Shown: piece by piece, positions 18,781 to 28,780 of the stretch
Layout: each line of letters begins with the position of its first letter
Numbering within the stretch: position 1 is the first letter of the stretch
DNA from: Candidatus Latescibacterota bacterium
GTDB lineage: Bacteria; Latescibacterota; UBA2968; UBA8231
Direction of reading: 5' to 3'
Length of the DNA stretch: 64,000 nucleotides
Assembly (NCBI GenBank): GCA_965261395.1
Contig: OZ253462.1
Span: forward strand, 6,368,001-6,432,000
Notes under the pieces: model-generated
What the model saw: only the letters and a program-made list of their open reading frames with translations
The model's database searches: none
What the model was told of the DNA's origin: nothing
Translations under genes and position numbers: made by a program

Positions 18781-21318
18781 CTAGGCGACGAACTGGTTCA
18801 AGGACACGTAATCCTTGACATACTCGGGAACGAGCCTGCGGTACGGCTCCGGCACCGCGCGAAAGTCGCGGGAGGAAAAGGCCGAATTGGTTGCCAGCTC
18901 GGCGAAGCTCCGATTCTCAATGATGTCTCGGGTCTGTCCACTGGTCAGGTACGCCTTAAAGTACGCCCTAATCGCCGCGATGGACTCGGCCTCGTCGGGC
19001 TTGTAATCAGCGACAAATTTGGCGAACTCCTCTTCAAGCAGCTCGTCCCTAGACTTAAAACGCGGGATGAGGTCAAAGACCTTCTCCAGTATCTCGCGCA
19101 AGGTTACGCGACGATCCACCGCAGCGGCTTGGCGCAGCTTGGCGAGGGAGTAGTACTCCTCGGGCTTGTCGAAGACTTCCTGATTCACATAGTCGATGGC
19201 GCGATCCCATTGCCCCGCCTCAATAGCTTGGGCAATGAAGTCGTTGTCGCGCACCTCGTCGGCAAAGCGGTCGAAGAACATCCGATCAATTCTCATCCCC
19301 TCGGAGCCGACCTGCTCTTGCTTGATCGTCGAGAGAAAGTCGCTTCCCAAGTGCTCGTAGGTGTCGGCATATACAACCGGCCTTGGATCGTCCCCGTCTT
19401 CTCTACCTCTATCTCGCAGCCGAGGCAATTCCAATATCTCGTCATAGTTGAACTCGTTCTCGAAGTATTGGCAGTTGCCGAAGAAGTCGAACAGCTTGAA
19501 GGTGGTCTTCTCCGGCTCGGCGTCATCGCCTGTGGAGCGGTGCCCTATCATCTGGTCGAGGAAGTTGTGCTTTCTGGTGCCGCGCCCCTTGATCTGGACG
19601 AAATCCGTCGGCGAGAATATCGGCCTAAACAGGCCCAAATTGAGAATGTCGGTGCAGTCGTAGCCAGTGGTCATCATGCCGACGGTTACGCATACTCGCG
19701 CCTTGCTCGTCCGGTACTCGCGCATAAAGTTGCCGGACCCCAAGAGATTGTTGTTGGCAAAGTTGACCGTGAATTGCTGGGCATCCCTCACATGCGACGT
19801 AACCTGAATCGCAAAATCCGACTGGTACTGGCCCGGAAACATGCGGTCGGCGATCTCGTTGAAGAACTGCGTTAGCTTAGCCGCGTGGTCTTGGCTCACC
19901 GCGAAGACGATGGACTTCCCAATCTCCCCGCTAATCGGATCGCGGAGCGCATTCTCCAAAAAGGTCCGGCAGAAGACCGCGTTGGTGGCTTCCGAGAAGA
20001 ACTCCCGCTCGAAATCGCGCTTTTTGAACGCTTCCTCCTGCTGTTCTCCTTCGTCATCGGTAAAAGACACCACAAAGCCCTTATCGGCGAGAAGCTGGGT
20101 AGTCACCTCCGTTCGTGCGTCAACGACCCGAGGATTGATCAGATACCCATCGCTCACCCCGTCGAGCAGCGAATAGCGGAACGTCGGCTCGCCACTCTCG
20201 CAGCCAAAAGTGCGGTAGGTGTCGAGCAACAACCGGCGCTCCACCTCGCGCGGGTCGCGCACATGCGGGCCGGTCACTTGGGTGCCTCTGAGGTAGTCTC
20301 GGGGCGTCGCAGTCAGTCCCAGCTTGTAGCCGACGAAGTAATCGAATACGGCGCGGGCGTTGCCGCTGATGGACCGGTGCGCCTCATCCGAAATCACCAA
20401 GTCGAAGTCCGTCGGCGAAAACAGCGACTGGTACTTGTTGTTGAACAGCAGCGACTGAACAGTCGTGACCACAATGTGCGCCCGCCGCCAGTCGTCGCGT
20501 TTCTCCTTGTAGATGACCGTGTCAACGTCGTTCGCCAAGTACGGGACGAAGGACTTGCTCGCCGCTTGGTCTTCTAACTCCAGCCGATCTACCAAAAAGA
20601 GGACGCGGCGGGCGTTGCCGGTGCGGAGAAACAGCTTGATGGCGGCGGCGGCCACTAGCGTCTTGCCGGTGCCAGTAGCCATCTCTAACAGGAACCGGTC
20701 GCGTCCATCTCGGACGGCTCGCTGCAAACGGTAGATCGCTCGTAGCTGATAGTCGCGCAAAAAGCGCAGACCGTGCGTCTGAATGTATCCGGAACGCTCG
20801 GCCTCGTTGCGCCATCCAGCCTCCGCCGCATAGCTAGGTCGCTGCGTGAGGACGATGTAGTCGTCGCCAACCCGTTCATCGATCAGGCGCTGTGAGTTAG
20901 GCTCGACCTGTTTGTACCCTTCCACCGAATCCGGCGATGGGAACGCCGTAATGATATGCGGATTACCGCGCTCTAGGTCCCAGAAGTAGTGCAGATTGCC
21001 GTTGGAGAGGATGACGAAGCGGCAGTTCAGCGAGCGGGCGTAGCGGCGGGCCTGCTCCTTACCGACCAACGGGTCTTTGTCCTCGGACTTGGCCTCCAAC
21101 ACGATCAACGGAAAACCCCGGTCGTCGATGAGCAGGAAATCGACAAATCCTCGACCGGAACGCTCAAAATTATCGCCTAAGCTGTCGAGGTCGTCGCGCT
21201 TGAGGGCGACATGCGCCTCCAAGCGGATATTGGCCCGTCCATTGTCGTCGTTGAAGAATCGCCAACCAGCGTTTTCGAGCAACTGGTCGATTTTATGCCG
21301 AGCAGCAGCCTCACTCAT
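18781..21318 (-). CDS. hsdR: Type I restriction enzyme R subunit (nuclease + DEAH translocase)
   Basis: VDFLL...VLEAK nuclease, MATGTGKT, DEAHRS, LTATP, TTGYD, QIKGRGTR. Confidence 0.9.
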   Translation of the reverse strand: MSEAAARHKIDQLLENAGWRFFNDDNGRANIRLEAHVALKRDDLDSLGDNFERSGRGFVDFLLIDDRGFPLIVLEAKSEDKDPLVGKEQARRYARSLNCRFVILSNGNLHYFWDLERGNPHIITAFPSPDSVEGYKQVEPNSQRLIDERVGDDYIVLTQRPSYAAEAGWRNEAERSGYIQTHGLRFLRDYQLRAIYRLQRAVRDGRDRFLLEMATGTGKTLVAAAAIKLFLRTGNARRVLFLVDRLELEDQAASKSFVPYLANDVDTVIYKEKRDDWRRAHIVVTTVQSLLFNNKYQSLFSPTDFDLVISDEAHRSISGNARAVFDYFVGYKLGLTATPRDYLRGTQVTGPHVRDPREVERRLLLDTYRTFGCESGEPTFRYSLLDGVSDGYLINPRVVDARTEVTTQLLADKGFVVSFTDDEGEQQEEAFKKRDFEREFFSEATNAVFCRTFLENALRDPISGEIGKSIVFAVSQDHAAKLTQFFNEIADRMFPGQYQSDFAIQVTSHVRDAQQFTVNFANNNLLGSGNFMREYRTSKARVCVTVGMMTTGYDCTDILNLGLFRPIFSPTDFVQIKGRGTRKHNFLDQMIGHRSTGDDAEPEKTTFKLFDFFGNCQYFENEFNYDEILELPRLRDRGREDGDDPRPVVYADTYEHLGSDFLSTIKQEQVGSEGMRIDRMFFDRFADEVRDNDFIAQAIEAGQWDRAIDYVNQEVFDKPEEYYSLAKLRQAAAVDRRVTLREILEKVFDLIPRFKSRDELLEEEFAKFVADYKPDEAESIAAIRAYFKAYLTSGQTRDIIENRSFAELATNSAFSSRDFRAVPEPYRRLVPEYVKDYVSLNQFVA

Positions 21319-22346
21319 CCCCCACCCTCCACCAACACCGGCTCCCGCTCCAAACGAATCCCAAAGGTCTGCTCCACCGCGTCCCGAATCTCACCGGCCA
21401 AAGCGAGAACTTCGCGGGTCGTGCCGCCGCGATTTACCAACGCCAGCGCGTGTCGCTCTGAGATGCCAACCCCGCCCCTTTGCAACCCCTTGTGAAATCC
21501 CGCTTGCTCGACGAGCCAAGCGGCGGGAACCTTGACGCCAGCCGAATCGGGAAAGTGCGGAACATTGGGATAGCGGTCCTTTAGCACAGCAAAAGCCTCG
21601 GCGTCAATGACTGGATTTAAAAAGAAGGAGCCGACTGAGCGGGAGTTGGGGTCTTGCGGGTCGATGACCATGGACTTGCCGCGACGGAGCCCAAGCACAG
21701 CGTCGCGCACAATAGCCAAGGTCGGGCGGCCGTCGTTCACGTGCCGGCGCAGCTCTGGGTAGCGGATTTGCGGCTGGCCGCTATCATCCAAGCGATACGT
21801 CACCGAGGTCACAATAAAGCGGTCGCGGTCGGCCCCTTTAAAGCGGCTCTGACGGTAGGCAAAGCCGCACTCGGCAGGGGCAAACGCGATTTCCTCCAAG
21901 GTCTGCCGGTCGAGCGCCCGCACCTCCACAATGGTGTCTTTTACTTCTTGGCCATACGCGCCCACGTTCTGGATGGGCGTCGCACCCACCGACCCAGGGA
22001 TGCCCGAAAGACACTCCACGCCGGCCAAGCCGCGCTCCACACAGCACTGCACAAAGCCATCCCAGTCCTCGCCAGCCGCTACCTCGACGGTTGCGCCATT
22101 GAACACCACGCCGCTAAGTCCCACTTTGAGCACTAAGCCGCTGTATCCCGCATCGGCAAAAAGCACGTTGCTGCCGCCGCCGAGCACTTGCACGGGCAAG
22201 CCCTCAGCCGCCGCCCACGTCAAGCAGGAGCGCATCTCGTCTAGGGAGGTACACTCGGCCAAGTAGCGCGCAGGGCCGCCGAGGCCCATAGTGGTGAGGG
22301 GAGCGAGTGGAGTATGCTCGCGGAGGATGTGGGACGGCTTTTCCAT
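21315..22346 (-). CDS. murB: UDP-N-acetylmuramate dehydrogenase
   Basis: LGGGSNVL, GIPGSVGATPIQNVGAYG, YRQSRFK, SVGSFFLNP, HALALVN; start MEKPS at 22346. Confidence 0.95.
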   Translation of the reverse strand: MEKPSHILREHTPLAPLTTMGLGGPARYLAECTSLDEMRSCLTWAAAEGLPVQVLGGGSNVLFADAGYSGLVLKVGLSGVVFNGATVEVAAGEDWDGFVQCCVERGLAGVECLSGIPGSVGATPIQNVGAYGQEVKDTIVEVRALDRQTLEEIAFAPAECGFAYRQSRFKGADRDRFIVTSVTYRLDDSGQPQIRYPELRRHVNDGRPTLAIVRDAVLGLRRGKSMVIDPQDPNSRSVGSFFLNPVIDAEAFAVLKDRYPNVPHFPDSAGVKVPAAWLVEQAGFHKGLQRGGVGISERHALALVNRGGTTREVLALAGEIRDAVEQTFGIRLEREPVLVEGGG

Positions 22347-22439
22347 GAAGAGACGCTTCGTTTCGCATGTATGAGCATTTGCGTTGCACTGCCTATATAC
22401 AGAATATAGGGCGCACACTGCACACCGTCGGAGCGTACG

Positions 22440-22910
22440 ATGAAAAAGACCCTCTATCTCGCCAGCCCGTATGGATTCTCGCTCCAGTGGAAGGAGCGGC
22501 TCCTGCCCCAGTTCGTCTCTGCATTAGAGGCGTTGGGAGCTGAGGTCTGGGAGCCTTTTGCCCGCAACAACCAAGTCGATTTTTCCGCGCCGGGCTGGGC
22601 CTACCAAGTCGGCCAAGCTGACTTGCGCGACGTGGTCGAGGCCGACGCGATCTTCGCCATTGTCAATGGGACGCCGCCGGATGAAGGGGTGATGGTCGAG
22701 TTGGGAGCGGCCATTGCCCTCGGCAAGCCGACCTTCCTCTTTCGCGATGACTTCCGCCGCTGCACGGATTCCGAGAACTACCCCCTGAACCTGATGCTGT
22801 TCACCGGCCTGCCAGAAGACGGCTGGGAAACCTACTACTACACATCGCTCGCGGAAGTTAGCGCGCCGGACAAGGCCCTAACGCGCTGGCTGCGGGACGA
22901 ACTGAGCTGA
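22440..22910 (+). CDS. Nucleoside 2-deoxyribosyltransferase family protein
   Basis: YLASPYGF, DEGVMVELGAA, YPLNLM motifs. Confidence 0.85.
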   Translation: MKKTLYLASPYGFSLQWKERLLPQFVSALEALGAEVWEPFARNNQVDFSAPGWAYQVGQADLRDVVEADAIFAIVNGTPPDEGVMVELGAAIALGKPTFLFRDDFRRCTDSENYPLNLMLFTGLPEDGWETYYYTSLAEVSAPDKALTRWLRDELS

Positions 22911-22913
22911 CCT

Positions 22914-24194
22914 ATGCGCACGACCATTCCCCCCCATCTGCTGCAAGACCCAGAGGTTGAAGCATCCGAAAAGGTCTTGCGCACCTGCGTCCACTGCGGC
23001 TTTTGCAATGCCACCTGCCCCACCTACCTGCTCACCGGCAACGAACTCGAAGGGCCGCGCGGCCGCATTTACCTCATCAAAAGCATGCTCGAAGAGGAAA
23101 TCCCCCCAAGCCGGCAGACGGTCGAACACATCGACAACTGCCTCGGCTGCCTCGCGTGCGAAACCACCTGCCCGAGCGGCGTAGATTATTCGCTCCTCTT
23201 GGAAATGGCCCGGCCACGGCTCGATCAGCTCGTCAAGCGGCCCTTGATGGACCGCCTGCTGCGCGCCCTGCTGACGCGGATGCTGCCCTACCCCGGCCGC
23301 ATGCGCTTGGCGCTCAAAATGTCTGGCGTGGGTCGCGCATTCTCCTTCCTGATGCCCCGCGCCATGCGGCCGCTGTTGGCTATGGCACCCAAGCGATTGC
23401 CGCGACCGGCCGCTGTAGCCCGGCCCGGAGTCGTGCCAGCCGAGGGCGCGACGCGGCTGCGCGTGGCCCTGCTCACCGGATGTGTCCAACAGGTGTTGGG
23501 ACCGCAGATCAACGACGCGACCGTGCGGCTGCTGACGCGGTTGGGGGCCGAGGTGGTCATTCCGCCGGATATGGGCTGTTGCGGCGCGCTGACTTTTCAC
23601 ATGGGAGAGCGCAAGCGCAGTCTGAAGCTAATGCAGCGCGCCATTGCGGTTTGGCATCGCGAGCTGGAAGCGGGCTTGGACGCGATTGTGCTCAACACGT
23701 CGGGGTGCGGCACGGCCATCAAAGAATACGATCACATCTTTCGCCACGATCCCCAGTGGGCCGACAAGGCCAAGGCGGTAGTGGAGCGGGTGCGGGACGT
23801 TTCCGAGGTGGTGGCGCAATTGGGGTTGGGCGCGGCCAATCACGCGCCGGCCCTGAAGGTGGCGTATCACGACGCCTGTTCCCTCCAACACGGCCAGCAC
23901 GTCACCGAGCCGCCGAGGCAACTGCTGAAGGCCGCGGGCTTTGAGGTCGTCGAGGTACCCGAGGGTCATATCTGCTGCGGCAGCGCGGGCACGTACAACA
24001 TGCTGCGCCCCCAGTTGGCACAACAGCTACAAGCGCGCAAAGTAGAGCACATCGCCAGCGTTGCGCCGCAGATAGTGGCGGCGGGCAACATCGGCTGCAT
24101 GGAACAAATTGCCGCCGGCGCCGAGGTCCCGGTCGTCCACACCGTCGAGCTGTTGGATTGGGCGACGGGCGGGCCGCGGCCGATGGGGGTGTAG
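22914..24194 (+). CDS. glcF: Glycolate oxidase iron-sulfur subunit
   Basis: CVHCGFCNATCP, CLGCLACETTCP and two CCG domains. Confidence 0.92.
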   Translation: MRTTIPPHLLQDPEVEASEKVLRTCVHCGFCNATCPTYLLTGNELEGPRGRIYLIKSMLEEEIPPSRQTVEHIDNCLGCLACETTCPSGVDYSLLLEMARPRLDQLVKRPLMDRLLRALLTRMLPYPGRMRLALKMSGVGRAFSFLMPRAMRPLLAMAPKRLPRPAAVARPGVVPAEGATRLRVALLTGCVQQVLGPQINDATVRLLTRLGAEVVIPPDMGCCGALTFHMGERKRSLKLMQRAIAVWHRELEAGLDAIVLNTSGCGTAIKEYDHIFRHDPQWADKAKAVVERVRDVSEVVAQLGLGAANHAPALKVAYHDACSLQHGQHVTEPPRQLLKAAGFEVVEVPEGHICCGSAGTYNMLRPQLAQQLQARKVEHIASVAPQIVAAGNIGCMEQIAAGAEVPVVHTVELLDWATGGPRPMGV

Positions 24195-24244
24195 CGGGGC
24201 GCTCAGGAGGCGTTTTTCTGACTATGGAGGATAGAGGCGGGCGC

Positions 24245-24709
24245 TCACACCGCCAAGGCTGCCAGTATCTCTTCCGGCGTTCGGTCCGGCGAGGCAAACG
24301 GATTGACCACCTGAACCGCGCCGAACTCTTGGCCGTGTTGCAGGTCCTCGGTCAGCAGAACCTTGCACTCGCAAGTCTGCGCGGCGGCGATGATGAGCGC
24401 ATCCCACCAAGACAAGGGAAAGCGGTCCTGCAAGACCCAAGCTCGTTCCAGCATCGCTATGTCAATGGCTATCGGTTGCCACACCACCAGTTCCCGTACG
24501 ATTAATCGGGCCTCTGCCACATCGACCTTCAGCCGCCGCTTGCTTGTGAGGGTGGAGTAGAGTTCCTGCAGAACCTGAAAACTCACGCGACCAGAGCGGC
24601 CACGTACGAGCAGCGAGATCCACTCGTCCGCGCGAGTTTTCTTTTGGGGTTCCGAGTCGTCGTGCAGATAGACGAATACGTTGGTGTCAACGAAGACCGG
24701 GCCGGTCAT
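24245..24709 (-). CDS. PIN-domain (VapC-like) toxin
   Basis: VFVDTNVFVY, QVLQE, SWWDALI, LLTEDLQHG. Confidence 0.9.
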   Translation of the reverse strand: MTGPVFVDTNVFVYLHDDSEPQKKTRADEWISLLVRGRSGRVSFQVLQELYSTLTSKRRLKVDVAEARLIVRELVVWQPIAIDIAMLERAWVLQDRFPLSWWDALIIAAAQTCECKVLLTEDLQHGQEFGAVQVVNPFASPDRTPEEILAALAV

Positions 24710-24935
24710 ACAGTTCCTCCCGCGTCGGCTTGCGCCCGTCGATCCACTCGATTTTTCGGGGTTTCCGCGCCCGCGTCAAAAAGCGTTCCATTGCGACCTC
24801 GTACTCGTCTTCTTGGCGCTGCATGCTTTCCAGCAGTTCGGCCAGCCATTTGGAGACGCTGCGCTCGTTTTCGGCAGCCTTGACCCGCAGCCACCGGGCG
24901 ACATCCTCCGGTAGGGTGATAGTGATGTTCTTCAT
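24687..24935 (-). CDS. Ribbon-helix-helix antitoxin (VapB-like)
   Basis: MKNITITLPEDVARWLRVKAA...SVS, C-terminal TREELYDR; overlaps the PIN gene. Confidence 0.85.
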   Translation of the reverse strand: MKNITITLPEDVARWLRVKAAENERSVSKWLAELLESMQRQEDEYEVAMERFLTRARKPRKIEWIDGRKPTREELYDRPGLR

Positions 24936-24974
24936 CCTAAGACCTCCAATATCCGCAAAATATAGGTGCCAACG

Positions 24975-25040
24975 AGGACCGGGAACGGTCCGTGACGATC
25001 TCTATAACGCAAGAATAGTGGAACACGGAAATTGTGTCAA
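24975..25040 (-). promoter_or_regulatory. Sigma70 promoter module, copy 1 (repeated at 30996-31060)
   Basis: Minus strand TTGACA-CAATTTCCGTGTTCCAC-TATTCT (17-nt spacer). Confidence 0.75.
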
Positions 25041-25054
25041 TAAAGCGGAGATTG

Positions 25055-25109
25055 TTGACAATAAGAGGTGTACGGCTTAATATGGTCATATAAAATGACT
25101 ATATAGTCA
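25055..25109 (+). promoter_or_regulatory. Promoter and palindromic operator of the phd-vapC operon
   Basis: TTGACA-N17-TAATAT (25055-25083), then perfect palindrome TGACTATATAGTCA (25096-25109). Confidence 0.7.
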
Positions 25110-25121
25110 GGAGTTGAGACC

Positions 25122-25361
25122 ATGCAGATGTCCATCAGTGAGTTCAAAGCCAAATGCACCCAAGTCGTGCGCGAAGTCGGCACCAAATACAAGACCGTGG
25201 AGTTGACCAATCGCGGCAAGGTCGTAGCGCGCATCGTCCCCCCTGAGCCAGAGACCAAACCCGACCCCCAATCCTTCTTCGGCTCGCTCCGAGGTACGGT
25301 CGCGTACCAGCCCGGTTGGGATGAGCCGCTCGGCGAGGATGATTGGGAAGCTTGCCAGTGA
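25122..25361 (+). CDS. Phd/YefM-family antitoxin
   Basis: MSISEFKAKCTQVVREV...LTNRGKVVARIVP. Confidence 0.88.
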   Translation: MQMSISEFKAKCTQVVREVGTKYKTVELTNRGKVVARIVPPEPETKPDPQSFFGSLRGTVAYQPGWDEPLGEDDWEACQ

Positions 25362-25756
25362 AGTACTTGCTCGACACTAATGCGTGGATCTGGGCCTTGG
25401 AGGCACCGGAAAAACTGCCCGATCCTATAAGAACGGTGCTGATGGAGCCGGATCACCTGCCCTTTGGGCTAGCGGCGATCAGTCCTTGGGAAGTGGCAAA
25501 AAAAGAGTCCAAGGGGCTCTTGCATTTATCTATGCCTGTGCGCCAGTGGGTAGAGCGCGCCACCCAAGCCCCGTTTATAGAGCTTCTGCCTCTTTCGGTG
25601 GATATAGCCCTCGAATCGGCGCATTTGCCTGGTTCCTTCCACAAAGACCCGGCCGACCAAATGATCGTCGCCACAGCGCGAGTGCACAGTCTGGTGCTGA
25701 TCAGTGCCGACCAACGGCTGCGCGCCTATCCACACGTGCAAACAAAGTGGGAATAG
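25358..25756 (+). CDS. VapC-family PIN toxin
   Basis: GTG start overlapping the antitoxin stop; LLDTNAWIW, ISPWE, HKDPADQMI, LISAD. Confidence 0.9.
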   Translation: MKYLLDTNAWIWALEAPEKLPDPIRTVLMEPDHLPFGLAAISPWEVAKKESKGLLHLSMPVRQWVERATQAPFIELLPLSVDIALESAHLPGSFHKDPADQMIVATARVHSLVLISADQRLRAYPHVQTKWE

Positions 25757-25866
25757 TAAATCAATCTATTCGGCGAACTTGCCCTTGAGTACTCCCCAGC
25801 TCTCGGCAGCAACCGCGCTGGCCGGGCTGGATATTTCGGTGAGGCGAGCGATTTGTATTGCTTGCG

Positions 25867-26940
25867 TCAATTGTCGATTGGCACCTTTGCGCCCGTTTCC
25901 GCGCTCGCGTAAATCGCGTCCAGCAACTTCATGAAGGTCAGCGCCTCAGCGGGAGAGACATCGGGCGGCTGGGCACCGCGAATCGCGCCGGCAAAATCGC
26001 GGATCTCCGCGTTGAAATCACCGTCGCCGTGTTCCACAAATTCACCAGCGGAATCGTCGCCTTCCGTGTAGATGGCACCCAGCAACCGGCGCGTCCCCGA
26101 ACGTCTCTTGCCCTCGGGCAGCGAAGTGGATTCCATCTCAATGGTGCCATCCGTCCCTAGGATGCGCAAGCGCAAATCCCACACCCGGTCCGCCCAGGTG
26201 GGAATGACCGCGGAAGTATCCATCTGAATGGTCATACCGCCGGCGCAGCCCACCAGAAAACTCATGTAATCCTCGGAGTGACGCTCCACTTCGAGGGTCG
26301 TTGGAAACGCGCTATGGCTGATGGCAAAGGCCCATTCGGGTTGCGGACAACCCAGTAAAAACCAGGCCTGATCGAGATAGTGCGAACCGTGTTGGCCCAA
26401 TGCACCGCCCTTAAAACCCCACCGATATAGCCAGCTCCTGCCCGGCGGCGGCTCATAATTGACTCCACGCTCGCGATAGTGGTAGTGGACGCGCGCGTGG
26501 TACACGCGCCCAATCCTGCCAGCGGCGATGATTTGACGGTTCTCTTTGTTCTCCGCTTGGTGCCGCATGAAGTAGGAGTACACGAGCATTTTTCCAGTGC
26601 TTGCTGCAACGGCGTTGATCTCCGCGACATCGGCGGCATTGCGACCGTGCGGCTTCTGCACCAACACGTGCTTTCCCGCCTCCAGCGCCTCAATGACCAT
26701 CGGCTTCCGCACATCGGGTGCGGTGGCGACTCCAACGGCTTCAACCTCGTCATCGGCGAGCAGCTCTCGATAGTCGCCATAGACTTTGGCGACATCGTGC
26801 TCCTCGGCGACCCGTCGAGCCAAATCTCGATCCAGATCGGCGACCGCCCAGGCGATGGTATCTTCGCCGGCTCGGGCACCTGCCACCCAAGCCCTGCCAA
26901 CTCGGCAACCGATTACGCCCATTTTAATTTTGTCTATCAT
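25867..26940 (-). CDS. Gfo/Idh/MocA-family oxidoreductase
   Basis: GVIGC, AGKHVLVQKP, GGALGQHGSHYLD; start MIDKIK at 26940 with GGAGG RBS. Confidence 0.88.
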   Translation of the reverse strand: MIDKIKMGVIGCRVGRAWVAGARAGEDTIAWAVADLDRDLARRVAEEHDVAKVYGDYRELLADDEVEAVGVATAPDVRKPMVIEALEAGKHVLVQKPHGRNAADVAEINAVAASTGKMLVYSYFMRHQAENKENRQIIAAGRIGRVYHARVHYHYRERGVNYEPPPGRSWLYRWGFKGGALGQHGSHYLDQAWFLLGCPQPEWAFAISHSAFPTTLEVERHSEDYMSFLVGCAGGMTIQMDTSAVIPTWADRVWDLRLRILGTDGTIEMESTSLPEGKRRSGTRRLLGAIYTEGDDSAGEFVEHGDGDFNAEIRDFAGAIRGAQPPDVSPAEALTFMKLLDAIYASAETGAKVPIDN

Positions 26941-26942
26941 AA

Positions 26943-27980
26943 TCACCTCCTTTGCAACCGCTCGAGTTTTGCCCGCAATCCGGGCTTTTCCAGCACCTCT
27001 CTGTTGACCACGTGCTCGGGGATTTCGCCGCGCCCAATTCGCGCCACCTGCCCGAGTCTGCCCCCCCAGGCCTGCATGTAGTACTCGTCGGTGTGGCACA
27101 GGGAGTGCGGCGAAACCACGACATGGTCCATTTTGAGGAGGGGATTGTCCGCAGCGACGGGCTCCTGCTCAAATACATCCAGCCCAGCGCCGCGGATGCG
27201 CCCGCTCTGCAGGACCCGTATCAGGGCTTGCTCATCGACGACGGGGCCCCGCGAAGTATTGATCAGGTACGCCGTCTGCTTCATCAAGTTCAGTTCCCGC
27301 TCGCCGATCAGATGGCGAGTCTGCTCGCTGAGCGGGACGCTGATGCTAACGAAGTCGGCCTCGGCCAGCAGGGTATCCATAGCGACCAGTTCCACGTCCA
27401 CATCGGCCACATCCTCCTCGCTCAGCTTGGGATCGCAGCCCAAATGCCGCATGCCAAAGGGCTTGGCCAGCAGAAACAGCTCGTGCCCGATATTGCCCAC
27501 GCCAATGGAACCGAGCGTCTTGCCGGTCAGCCCTTCGCCGCGGTAGAGGCGCTGATCGGCCCAGCGCCCCTCGCGGGTGATCCGATCCTTGTTGAGCAGG
27601 CGCGTGGCCAGGGCCAGCATAAAGGTGATGATGGTGCAGGCCATGGGCCGGCGCACGGCGTCGGGAGCCAAGCAGAGCATGGCATTGGCCCGGGTCAGGG
27701 CCCCGACATCGATGTGGTCGTACCCGACGCCGGTGAGGAGCACGGCCACGAGTTGGTCGTTGCCAACCAAGGAGCGCTCGCTCCAGCGGGACGCGCCCGA
27801 GATGACCGCGTCGCAGCCGCGCACTTGCTCGGGGGCGATTTCCGCGCGCTGCTCGGCCAATATTCGGTACTGGATCCCGGGCATTTCAGCGAATAATTCC
27901 AAGCCGGGGCCGGGCAGGTTGAAGTTCCCCTCCGCGTCGAAGAAATCCCGGGTGAGGCCAACCGTAACTTTAGCGGTCAT
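26943..27980 (-). CDS. D-isomer-specific 2-hydroxyacid dehydrogenase
   Basis: GVGYDHID, GVGNIG, INTSRG, GAGLDVFEQEP, SPH. Confidence 0.9.
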   Translation of the reverse strand: MTAKVTVGLTRDFFDAEGNFNLPGPGLELFAEMPGIQYRILAEQRAEIAPEQVRGCDAVISGASRWSERSLVGNDQLVAVLLTGVGYDHIDVGALTRANAMLCLAPDAVRRPMACTIITFMLALATRLLNKDRITREGRWADQRLYRGEGLTGKTLGSIGVGNIGHELFLLAKPFGMRHLGCDPKLSEEDVADVDVELVAMDTLLAEADFVSISVPLSEQTRHLIGERELNLMKQTAYLINTSRGPVVDEQALIRVLQSGRIRGAGLDVFEQEPVAADNPLLKMDHVVVSPHSLCHTDEYYMQAWGGRLGQVARIGRGEIPEHVVNREVLEKPGLRAKLERLQRR

Positions 27981-28779
27981 CTGCATCCTCTCGGTATATG
28001 GAAAAAGCTTGCACCGCACCGTCGCGGAGCAGGTCGTATTCGCTGTGGCGGAAGCGTCCCACTAGCTGGATACCGGCCCGGCGCTGGTCTAGGTACTCCT
28101 GGCGGTTATGCGGATAAATCGCCGGCTCGGTGGCGATTCCCCTAGCCAGGGCGATCTCGATGACGCGCTCCATGGCCCGCACCACTTCCGGGTGTTGCCA
28201 ATCGCCGTGAAAACCCATGGTCGCCGCCAGATCGCCGGGGCCAAATACTACGGCGTCCACCCATTCGTTGTCGAGCATGGCCTCGGCGTTTTCGACGCCG
28301 CGCCAGGACTCGATTTTGAGGATGAGCATCGTGGCCTCGTTGGCCTCGCGGCAATAGCGGGCCGCCTCGACCGCGGCGTACTCCGCATTGGCACCCATGG
28401 CCAGCCCCCGCTCCCCGTCCGGCGCGTATTTCATCCAGCGCGCCAGTGCCGCCACTTGCTCGGGCTCTTCGGCGTGGGAGAGGCAGACCCCCAGCGCGCC
28501 AGCATCGAGCAGCCGCGATACAAAGGGCCGCTCGGGCACCAGGACCGTCACCGCCGGACAAAGGCCGTTGTCCCGGGCCATGACCAGGAAGTTGGTCAGG
28601 GTTTCGTCGTTGTGGATCACGTGCTCGTTTTCGACCAGCAGCATATTGTACCCCGCCTGAGCCGCGATCTTGATCACCGAAGGACGTAGCGACTCGAAGA
28701 CATTGAAGCCAAAGAGCGGACCACCGCTGCGGAGAATTTCCTTGGCCGGGTTGCGGATGAGGGGACCTGCTACCGCCAT
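27970..28779 (-). CDS. HpcH/HpaI-family aldolase
   Basis: VENEH, LLDAGALG, KIES, FGPGDL; start MAVAGP at 28779. Confidence 0.85.
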   Translation of the reverse strand: MAVAGPLIRNPAKEILRSGGPLFGFNVFESLRPSVIKIAAQAGYNMLLVENEHVIHNDETLTNFLVMARDNGLCPAVTVLVPERPFVSRLLDAGALGVCLSHAEEPEQVAALARWMKYAPDGERGLAMGANAEYAAVEAARYCREANEATMLILKIESWRGVENAEAMLDNEWVDAVVFGPGDLAATMGFHGDWQHPEVVRAMERVIEIALARGIATEPAIYPHNRQEYLDQRRAGIQLVGRFRHSEYDLLRDGAVQAFSIYREDADDR

Positions 28780-28780
28780 A